Shown here in pieces: positions 13,925-24,109 of a stretch of 64,000 bases of DNA. Below the pieces are notes generated by a model. It saw only the letters and a program-made list of their open reading frames with translations. It was not told where the DNA came from and made no database searches. The translations under genes were made by a program, and so were the position numbers. Origin of the DNA: Sphyrna mokarran. Taxonomy: Eukaryota. Numbering within the stretch: the first letter of the stretch is position 1; each line of letters starts with the position of its first letter. The stretch covers positions 40,672,001-40,736,000 of the forward strand of contig JAGIQG010000008.1 in the NCBI GenBank assembly GCA_024679065.1, written 5' to 3'.

Positions 13925-15751
13925 TACTCCTAATTTGAAAAGTACACCTCATCTGGACTCTATTTGCACAATGCTCAGGAAGATCTATTCATATTTGTAG
14001 AACCATAGAATGTATACAGTACAGAAGGAGGGCATTTAACCTTTCATGTCTTTGTTGGTTCTCTGCAAAACGAACTCAGCCATAGTCCTCATAGCGCTGC
14101 AAATTTATCCCATTCAGTTAAACTTGGTGAGCCATCTTCTTTGAACCTCTGCACTCTATCAAGTTCAGACATGTCCATAATGCTGTTGAGTTCCAGGTTT
14201 TTGACTCAGTGACAATGGAAAGGGATGGCGATATATTTACAACTCAAGATGGTGTGTGGCTAGGAAGGGAATTTGCAGGTAATTGTGTTTGCATGCATTT
14301 GCTGCCCTTGTTCTTCTAAATGGTAGAGGTTGTGGCTTTGAAAGGTGTCATTGAAGGAGGCTTGGCTGAAGTGCATCATGTATATGGTGCACACTGATGT
14401 GACTATGCATCAGTGATGAAGAGAATGAATGTTTAAGATGGTGGATGGGGTGTCAGTCAAGCGGGCTGCCTCTTCCTTGGTGCTGTCGAGTTCCTTGAAT
14501 GTTGTTGGAGCTGTGGTCATCCAGGTAAGAGGAGAGTATTGCTTCAGACCTGACTTGAACCTTATAGATAGATGTTGGACAGGCTTTGGAAATCAAGAAA
14601 TTTGTTACTTTTTCTATCTACCATCTCAAAATGGTAGTTTAGTGTCATTCTTGATGTTGATAGTGGGGAAACAGCATAACATCATGAATTCACATCTGCA
14701 GCTGCAGAAATGGATGTCTACTACCTTAATTTGGATTTCTCTATCCCCATTTTTCTACGTATGGAAAAGCTAGCCATCATGGATTTGGCTTTTGCTGCAC
14801 TCTCCAGAGGAACCATCACTGTCCCCAATATTCTGAATGGAATACTGTCTGGAGTTGTGAAATGCATGTTGGTGATCCTCCTTGTTAGGCTGAGAATCTC
14901 ATTCTCTCTTTGCAGGGCTAGGTAGATAAATTTTGCACCTTAGTGGTTTTTCTCATCTGGGCCCTTTGGTACCCCTCCAAACCCTTAACCATCCCTTCAC
15001 ATCTTTTAGGTGCCCAGAATTGGAAACATAGTCACTGTGGGGTCGAACAGTTTTATATGGCTTTTGTATTCTCTATTTCTATCTATCTATAGATAGATAG
15101 CAATCTATCTATAAGGTTCAAGTCAGGTCTGAAGCAATACTCTCCTCTTACCTGGATGACCACAGCTCCAACAACATTCAAGGAACTCGACAGCACCAAG
15201 GAAGAGGCAGCCCGCTTGACTGACACCCCATCCACCATCTTAAACATTCATTCTCTTCATCACTGATGCATAGTCACATCAGTGTGCACTATATACAAGA
15301 TGCACTTCAGCCAAGCCTCCTTCAATGACACCTTTCAAAGCCACAACCTCTACCATTTAGAAGAACAAGGACAGCAAATGCATGCAAACACAATTACCTG
15401 CAAATTCCCTTCCTAGCCACACACCATCTTGAGTTGTAAATATATCGCCATCCCTTTCCATTGTCACTGAGTCAAAAACCTGGAACTCAACAGCATTATG
15501 GACATGTCTGAACTTGATAGAGTGCAGAGGTTCAAAGAAGATGGATCACCAAGTTTAACTGAATGGGATAAATTTGCAGGGCTATGAGGACTATGGCTGA
15601 GTTCGTTTTGCAGAGAACCAACAAAGACATGAAAGGTTAAATGCCCTCCTTCTGTACTGTATACATTCTATGGTTCTACAAATATGAATAGATCTTCCTG
15701 AGCATTGTGCAAATAGAGTCCAGATGAGGTGTACTTTTCAAATTAGGAGTA
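13925..15751. repeat. 649-bp near-perfect inverted duplication (arms 13925-14573 and 15103-15751; 529-bp spacer)
   Basis: Direct reverse-complement comparison: about 5 mismatches seen, no net indel (both end-pairs sum to 29676). Confidence 0.95.
14120..14900 (-). mobile_element. CR1/L2-group LINE 3' fragment (same family as 46330-47662)
   Basis: Antisense cagctccaacaacattcaaggaactcgacagcaccaagg matches 47200-47250 (APTTLKKLD-like). Confidence 0.75.
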
Positions 15752-16364
15752 CACCTAATTTGTCCATTTATAAATTCCATCAAAAGCTTGGGTTTCATTA
15801 TGATGCCTTTTACAATCACAGCTTTGTCAGGCATTTGCACACAACTTGGTTGCTTACATCAGGCAACTAGTTCTGCTTTTTTTAAACCAGGCCCTGTGCA
15901 ATTGCCAGACAGCAAGGTCCAAAAGACTTGAACCTTAAAAGCACCACAAACAACAATCCTATGTACAAATGAGAATATCCTGAACTAGTCGTGACAAAAT
16001 TTATTGGCACATAACTTCTGGTTTCACTTCCATGTTTAAAAATGACCTTCCAGTAAAGTAGCACGAACCAATAATGTGCTATTTCTATTCACACAAGTGG
16101 GATTTATTAACAGAAAAATATACTTTACATTGATAAATATTTTCTCATTTTAATTGACACTAATCACACTTATAAATGTCCAGCATGAGAATGCAGCCTG
16201 TTGAGGGCAAAAATATCCTTCTAACTCTTTCAATGCTGCTAATGATTTATTTTTGATTCCCACCATAACCCCACTCACTGATAAATTAATGAAGCAAAGA
16301 AGTCCTAAGGTAAGATACCATTTAATAATATTCATTTTCTGACTCCAAAATGTAATAATTGTCA

Positions 16365-16717
16365 TTCACAAGTCTCTGATTGCAAACATCACCAATCGTA
16401 ACCTGGTGATTGACCCAAGTGATGAAGTCCAAGGTTTTGATCTTTCACAGAAAATCTGGACAACCCTCAACTGCTTGAGGATGGGCCATGGAAGATGTAG
16501 CCAGTGGCTCCGTAAGTGGAACATGAGTAACAGTTCAAGTTGGACTGTGGCCATTCAAGTTAGACCATCACCCATATACTAAACCTTTGCCCTGGGAGTT
16601 CCATTTCTGATGCCATCACAATTATTCACAATGCATCAGCTCAAGATGCTGAATGGATTGTTAACTTAAACATCAAACCATATCTGCTTCCCCAGCCACA
16701 TGAATAAAAATAAAAAC
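16365..16717 (+). mobile_element. Ingi/Vingi-like LINE 3' end (C-terminal zinc knuckle)
   Basis: Translates to DPSDEVQGFDLSQKIWTTLNCLRMGHGRCSQWLRKWN...DCGH..TITHI..CP; ends gccacatgaataaaaataaaaa. Confidence 0.7.
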
Positions 16718-17897
16718 CTTCTTGCAAACCGTTCCTCAAAATAGGACATTTTGGTTTGGATTCAAATTTGATTTTAAAAGTCACACACTTAGTTATAATT
16801 AAGAATATACTGGCTAATTATCAAAACAGTGATACTCATTCTCATCCAAAAGGATGAATTTGCACGAAGAGGCAACTCAGATTCTCAGACAAGATGAGTT
16901 TTTGTCACAAAGAAAGTTAACTTTCCTTTTTCAACACAAGGACTGTAAAATGAGGTAGTCTGTCTAGCTGCAAAGTTACTCCCTTCTGTGGGAGAAACCA
17001 TTCCTTTTACTGATTGTGTTTGAGAGTCCAAGATACCAGACACCATGCCCTAAAGCAATTATACTTGAACACATAGTAGCGATTTTTAAAAATTCATTAA
17101 GAAACAGGATTGTTGACATACTGTCTGCAAAATACAGTGCCACCCTTGTTTTAACATGCTTTAAGAAATGTCTTATTTGTTCATTGGAAAAGTTATATTT
17201 TTTGCCCACCAATGAACTTGTGAATTTTCAGCAAGTTGAATGAGTTAATTCAAACTGCAAAGGAAATTGTTCATTTAGCATTTTTCCTACGCATAACTGT
17301 AATTTTTAATAGAACCTTATTGCTCCAATAATATAATGGCTCTGTAAGCTTCACATTATCATCAATGTCAGGTATCATTATTTTTCATCCTAAGATGTCT
17401 AGCTTTAAAATGGCTAGAATAAAGATGTATTTATGAGGTAAATCTGAAGCTGCCATTGAATTTATTGTAAATATCAGAAAATTTCCTTTGAATAACAGTT
17501 GAAAGTAGCCCTTAACCAGTTCAAGGAATTGTGATCAATGTTCTCATTTTAGATGGGAGATGGTTTGTGCATTGGTTGCTAAAAGAATGACAGAGATGGA
17601 GCTCTGCATCAAGTTATGTGATTACCCACTCAGCTGGAAACAGCATTCTAACATGTACTATTTAAATATATATTACTAAATATAAAAAGATGTGGAAATG
17701 TTTTCCAATGCAGAGACTGGGAAGAACCCAGAGTTTGCTCATTGATTTGTTCATCTTAGTCAAACAACAGTCGGCCCTTTCTACTGTCCATAGTATCCCC
17801 AGGTTAGGAAAGAATAAATCAATTGGGATTCCTACTCCCAACTGCTTTTTATGTATTCTTGTTGGAGATACACATTTGAATTTTGAATGAGAACAAA

Positions 17898-19208
17898 CAC
17901 AAGTCAAGAATCCGCTGTCTGAAATTCTCAGGACCAATCATGCTTCAGATTTCAGATCATTTTGGTTTTTGGATTCTGCATATATATATTTATGTCTATT
18001 TACATTACAACAGTCTAACCATAGGCTCCTAATATCAATACAATAGCTGGGAATGTAAGATGTATCATTGAGTTATAAATGTAGGGTACTTATAAAAAGT
18101 TCCCATGGCACCATCTAATTCTGCTTGTAGGATGAGAGTATTAATGTACACTAGTGGGAGACATTCTTCAATAGTTGTTCTAACTTCATCTGCCTCAGCA
18201 ACATTGATTTTTGTTTCATAAGTTTGACTTTTATTTTATTGATAAGCGTCATTTCTTGCTGACTTATAAATACACATTGTTCAAGTGCATTTATCTATCC
18301 TTCACACATCTTAAAAATATTGTCTATGGGCACTTACTCTGCTATATTCACTGCCATCCTCATCATCACTGTTAATGAATGTGACAATAATAAATCAAAT
18401 CAAATTATCAAGTTAATCTTAATGTAGCCATTTCTGCAATCTCTCCATCAGCCGAAGAACGCATGATGGGAGTATTGTTATCAATTTTAAACACTACCTT
18501 GACATCTTCAATTTCCAATATATTTTTATATTCTAATGAGATATATAAATATACCTTTTGCATATTCAACAAGCTGGTTTACTAGATTTCTTTCCTTGTT
18601 TGCACAAAAACCTTTACAGTCTTCATCAATATTATTGTCTTTAATGAACATTGTTTTGGGCCAAAGGTCATGCCAGCCAATGGTCAAGGTGTCTTTATCT
18701 TTACCTTTTTATTCTTCACTCAATTGGCCTTTGAAGTCAAGTTTCTACAGCAACTCTACTTTCTTAGTGATTGATAAATAATTTTCTTTTCTGATTGTTA
18801 CCCATAAGGGTATCTGATGGTCTTTTTAACATGTTCCAACCAAAAATCGCAAGGTAAATCATACAAATAACTAGATTTCCCTCACTAAAGGTCATGTGTG
18901 GTAGGTGAGGTTTGCATTGGCTTGGGTTGTTTCAGCTCTGGCCAAGGATTTCCTGTGCTAAAATTCAGGTGCAGCTGGTTGGGTTCGTGTTGAATGCAGA
19001 CAAACAACTAGACTTCCTGTGCTCAAATTCAGCTACTTTCGGCAGGATGTGCATCAAATGCAGACAAACAACTAGACTTCTTGTGCTAAAACTTGACTGT
19101 GGTCAACAAGGTTCATATGGCTTAGATTGTATTTGCTGAATTGTGTCAACTAGGGCCCAATGAAGTTTTAAAAAGTATGGTTTTTGGATGTGTCTGGCTT
19201 TCAGATTT
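17898..19208 (-). mobile_element. Internally deleted pogo/Tigger4(Zombi)-like DNA transposon
   Basis: Minus-strand peptides MLKRPSDTLMGNNQKRK/YLSITKKVELL*KLD (from 18832), DKDTLTIGWHDLWPKTMF, VFKIDNNTPIMRSSADGEIAEM and ALEQCVFISQQEM...LLRQMKLEQ; MER46-like terminal sequences at 17899-17980 and 19170-19208. Confidence 0.8.
18993..19090. repeat. 64-bp-period direct repeat upstream of the Tigger ORF
   Basis: aatgcagacaaacaactagacttcYtgtgct at 18993 and 19057; partial third copy near 18948. Confidence 0.85.
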
Positions 19209-19327
19209 CATAGAACACTATAGCACAAACAGGCCCTTTGGCCCACAAGTTGCACAGATCATGTCCATACTGACCAGTAAAGTTTTACAACACCAATTTT
19301 AAATCCAACCGATTTATTTGATAGTAA

Positions 19328-19367
19328 ATTCGCGAGCTTTCGACTTTATAGCCTTCGTCAGGCAAAT
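19328..19367 (-). ncRNA. Intact minimal type-I hammerhead ribozyme in PLE pseudo-LTR
   Basis: AUUUGC-CUGACGA-A-GGCU-AUAA-AGUC-GAAA-GCUC^GCGAAU: 6-bp stem I, 4-bp stem II, palindromic AGCU in place of stem III. Confidence 0.85.
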
Positions 19368-19581
19368 GCAGTGTTCTGGTCTGCAATAGCACTCATATCC
19401 ACTCAGACAGTTACAGATTGCTGATTAGGATGCGAATCCTTACATCTAACCTGCTATTCAAGTGTTAAAGTGGCTAACAATGTGTGTGAAGGGAATCCTG
19501 AGCATTGGTTAGAGAATTGTGTATTTTCTCCAGACAGCACAGTAAGTGAGGTTTTTTGCTAACCCAGGCAAGTTACGGGGG

Positions 19582-20487
19582 TTACAGATAGTGTGTCATG
19601 AAGCCAAGATCCCTATTAAGACCGTCCTCATGTGTGCGGAACTTGGCTATCAGTCTCTGCTCAGCGACTCTGCGCTGTCGTGTGTCACGAAGGCCCCCTT
19701 GAAGAACATTTACCCGCAGGTCGGAGGCCGAATGCCCATGACTGCTGAAGTGTTCGCCCACAGGAAGGGAACTGTTTTGCCTGGTGATTGTTGAGCGATG
19801 CTCATTCATCCGCTGTCGTAGTGTCTGCATGGTCTCCCCAATGTACCATGCTTCGGGACATCCTTTCTTGCAACGTATTAGGTAGACAACGTTGGCCGAG
19901 TTGCAAGAGTATGTACCGTGTACCTGGTGAATGGTATCCTCACGTTTGATGATGTCGTCCATGTCTATGATCTGGCATGTCTTGCAGAGGTTGCTGTGGC
20001 AGGGTTGTGTGGTATTGTGGTCACTGTTCTCCTGAAGGTTGGGTAGTTTGCTGCGAACAATAATCTGTTTGAGGTTGTACGGTTGTCTGAAAGCAAGAAG
20101 TAGGGGGGTGGGGATGGCCCTAGCGAGATGTTCATCGTCATCAATGACACGTTGAAGACTCCGGAGAAGATGTCGTAGCTTCTCCGCTCCTGGGAAGTAC
20201 TGGACAACAAAGGGTACTCTGTCCACCTTGTCCCGTGTTCATCTTCTGAGGAGGTCAGTGCGGTTTATCGCTGTGGCACGTCGGAATTGTCGATTGATGA
20301 GTCGAGCGCCATATCCTGTTCTCACGAGGGCATCCTTCAGCGTCTGGAGGTGTCTGTCACGATCCTCCTCATCTGAGCAAATTCTGTGTATACAGAGGGC
20401 TTGTCCATAGGGAATGGCTTCTTTAATGTGTCTAGGGTGGAAGCTGGAGAAGTGGAGCATTGTGAGATTGTCTGTCGGTTTGTCTGT
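19582..20487 (-). pseudogene. PLE ORF remnant: RT C-terminus, Cys linker and GIY-YIG endonuclease
   Basis: KPTD..LHFSSFHP..KEAIPYGQ..RICS; PCHSNLCKTC; VVYLIRC..CP..YIGET..LRQRMNEH..E..LI..GLNRD. ORFs 20239-20490 and 19582-20226 are in frame, separated by one TGA. Confidence 0.92.
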
Positions 20488-22146
20488 CATACTTACCAGG
20501 CCATAGAATTATCTGTAACTCCCAATCCCATTAAATCCCATGTACTCATCCAGAAGTCTTTTAAAAGACCCTAGCAAGTTCGTCTCTACCACCACCGATA
20601 GCAGCCAATTCCACTCACTCGCCACCTCTGAGTGAAAAACGTATCCCTAACATCTCCTCTGTACTTGCTTCCCAGCACCTTAAACCTGTGTCCTCTCGTA
20701 GCGACCATTTCAGCCCTGGGAAGTAGCCTGTGAGAATCCACCCTATCTATTCCTCTCAACATTTTATAAACCTCTATTAGGTCGCCTCTCAACCTTCGTC
20801 TCTCCAGGGAGAAGAGACCTAGATCCTTCAACCTATCATCATAAGGCATGCCTCCCAATCCAGGCAACATCCTTGTAAATCTCCTCTGCACCCTCTCAAT
20901 AGCTTCCACATCCTTCTTGTAGTGAAGCGACCAGAACTGCACCCAGTACTCCAAGTGTGGTCTGACAAGGGTCTTATAATGTTGTGGCATTATTTGTAGA
21001 TAAGTTTGGCTATGCTATCTGCACACTCCACAGTACATTCTTTCGCTTGAATAGCTTATAGCCACCAACATTCAAGAATAATAGGCACCTTCTGCACAAG
21101 GTGCTGAAAGTTTCCTCATGCCTGTAGTATTATGTATAATAGATAACTGGGAGTAATGACAAAGTTAGAATGTAATTAACCAAAAGATCCAATAGTTGGC
21201 ATATTTAATTCCTCATTTTCATGCCAACATTATATAATTTTCTTCTTGTTTTTGTTTCTTCCTGATAGCTAAGTACTTTGGAATTGATAGGTGATTGTTG
21301 CATTCCATGCAGAGTTGCATGTTTTGCTTTGTATCTGTCAGAACCTTCTGTATGAAAATGTTTCAAAATTCAAATATTTCAACTCAGAGTATTATATGAA
21401 GCAATGTTTTTTACAGCTACACATCTTGAATTAGTTTGATAATTACAGTGAAATGTCTAGACACATCACAATGTCAGGAACCACACTGATGTTACCTCCA
21501 AAGGTGTCCCAATTTGAAACTTTTGTTCGTGGTGGTGTGTAATTTTTTGAAATATTGTGAGAAGTCATGTAAAAACCCAGAAGGAACCAGAACTATCATT
21601 GTGTAACAATTACTAAAGAAGATTAATTAATTAACATAAAAGAAAAATACACATAAAAATAGAGTACAGTACACTATGACATAACTACACATCAGATATA
21701 TAGAAATTACCTCTTGTTCCAAAATATATCTATAGTCCCTTCCCTTCCCTTTCTCAAACAGCATCCAAATTAATAAATCAAATCCAGCTTACATTTACCA
21801 CTCCATACAGGCTGATGATCATCTGGATAAATTTCTTTTCCTTGTCCAGTGATGATGTTTAAGCTACTTCTACAAAAGTTTTCTCACAATGTCTTGACTC
21901 TAAGACATAGCTGCAACACTTCAATTTAGCATGCTTAAAGTGTTGAAACAAATTACAAATTTTTCACTTTGTAATGTAAGCAAATAAGGTTGTGACAATT
22001 ATAATTCTACTCTGCTTAGAAGATCAAATGTCTTTACATTATGAAATTCTAATTCACCTTCCACCTTTGCTTTTGATGTAGTTTTTTCTTAACTTGTTCT
22101 TTTCTCCATCCCTCTGACAGTGTTGATGTACTCTTGGTTATGAGGA

Positions 22147-22450
22147 AGAAAAGACTTGCATTTGTATAACATCTTTCATGACCACCAGATGTCTTCGAAC
22201 AAGTCAGAGCCAATGAAATAATTTTGAAGTGTTGTTATTGTTCTAATGTAGGAAATGCAGCAATCAGTTTGTGCACAGCAAACTTCTGTGCACAACAACA
22301 TAATAGTGAGCAGACAGTCTGTTTTTTGTGTAATTGTTTGAAGGATACATATTGGCCAGGACATTAGGATAATGCGCCTACTTTTCTTTGAAATAGTGCC
22401 ATGAGATCTATTACAGGAAAAAGGGGCACTTACCTGGTTTATAACAGCTA
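22147..22450 (-). mobile_element. Deu-domain SINE (SacSINE1/AmnSINE-related)
   Basis: Antisense agatctcatggcactatttcaaagaaaagtagg...tgtcctggccaatatg resembles the recalled Deu core; tail caaatgcaagtctttt. Confidence 0.7.
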
Positions 22451-22809
22451 GTGCCATAAGAAGGGATACATCTTCCTTCACTTTGACGACCTGAATTTTG
22501 ACTCTGGCTTTGGGATGAGATTTTCACTCTGCCTGAGATAGAATTGGAAGAAAAATCATCTAAGTATTTGGGCATGGAGTGGCAATCTGATGCTGATTGC
22601 CACTCTTAAATATTTGTGTACCTACAGCCCCTGATGTCTCTGTTCTTTCACCCATTTTAAACTTGTGCCATTTATTTTATATTGCCTTTCCTTATTATTC
22701 CTACCAAAATATAACACTTCACATGTTTTAGTTACATTTAATCTGCCATGTTTCTATTAAGTCTGTTATTTCCCAATGATCTATCCACACTCCCTCTACG
22801 TGTTGTCCC

Positions 22810-23722
22810 TTGAAGGTGTCCTCAGTCCCCTACTATACTTCTTATACACCAATGACTGTGTAGCCAAATTCCCTCCAACTTGATTTTCAATGATGACATC
22901 ACCGTAGTGGGTCAGATGTCAAGTAATGGCTCGACAGAGTACAGGAATGAGTATCTGGTGAACTGATGCGACAACAATAATCTCTCCATCAATGTCAACA
23001 AAACAAAGGAGATAGTCATCGACTTCAGGAAGCGTAGTGGAGAGCAAGCCCCTGCCTCTTCAATGGGGACGAAGTAGAAATGGTTGAGAGCTTCAAGTTT
23101 TTAAGTGTCCAGTTTACCAACAACCCGCCCATACCAATACTATAGTTAAGAAAACCTGCCAACATCTCTATTTTCTCAGAAGACTAAAGAAATTTGGCAT
23201 GCCTGCTATGACTTTCACCAACTTTACACTTGCACAAAGAAAGCATTTGTTTTGATTGTATCACAGCTTGGTATGACTCCTGTCTGCCCAAAAATACAAG
23301 AAACTATCAAGGGACATGAATGAAGCATGATCTAGCACGCAAACCAGCCTCTCATCTATTGACCATGCTGACTACACTTCCCACTGCCTCAAAAAAGCAG
23401 TAGCATATCAAGGACTTCACATGCCCTGGACATATTCTCATCCACCTTCTTCTGTTGGGAAAAAGAAAAGTTTTAGAAAAGTCTAATGTCACATACCAAC
23501 TGACTCAAGAACAGTTTCTTCCCTGTTGCCGTCAAGCTTTTGAATGAACCTACCTCATGCTAAGTTGATCTTTCTCTATACCTTAGCTATGAGTGTAACA
23601 CGACATTCTGCACCCTCTCCTCTGTGAATGGCATGCCTTGTCTGTATAGTGCGCAAGAAACAGTACTTTTCACTGTATAATTAATACGTGATAATAATAA
23701 ATCAAATTAAATCAAATCAAAA
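22810..23722 (+). mobile_element. Rex1/Babar LINE RT 3' half, degraded
   Basis: VLSPLLYFLYTNDCVAKF...DDITVVG...NNLSINVNKTKEIVIDFRK; (aatca)n tail at 23695-23720. Confidence 0.85.
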
Positions 23723-24109
23723 ACATTACCTAAAAGCACATTGTTAACATTCAAATATATATATGTGATGATGCACATCTTTGCCTCTGAATCATTTCCC
23801 AGTTATCTGGCACTCAGGCGAACAATATTTTTTTCTAATTAAATATTGAGAAGAATAAAACCATTGTTGTTTTATCCCTGCTTCAAATTCTTGTCTCTCC
23901 ATCCCTCTACCTGGTAATTGTCTGAGATTAAACCAGACTGTCTGTAGCCTTAGATTTGTATTTAACCTCAAGATAAACTTCTAATCATGTACTTTTATCA
24001 TTGCTAAAACCAGCCATTTCCATCTCCATAACATTACTGGATTTAGCTACCTTAGTTCAACGGAACATCTCATGTTGTGACTCTCATTTCTGCCTTTGTT
24101 ACGTACACT

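Larger units (their letters stand above)
19278..20487 (-). mobile_element. 5'-truncated Penelope-like retroelement (probably Neptune clade) with 3' pseudo-LTR
   Basis: RT thumb plus GIY-YIG ORF; pLTR 19278-19580 matches family A; TSD catactgaccag (19266-19277) / catacttaccag (20488-20499). Confidence 0.92.
19209..20990 (-). mobile_element. 5'-truncated CR1 LINE, split by a PLE insertion (parts 19209-19277 and 20488-20990)
   Basis: ORF 20586-20990 [17 protein letters not shown]...[15 protein letters not shown]; its 3' UTR joins across the PLE and is antisense to 40490-40610. Confidence 0.9.

Noticed and set aside
13925-15751. Foldback or long-TIR transposon
   Set aside because: The arms are a mosaic of unique DNA and LINE fragments, with no TSD and no transposase.
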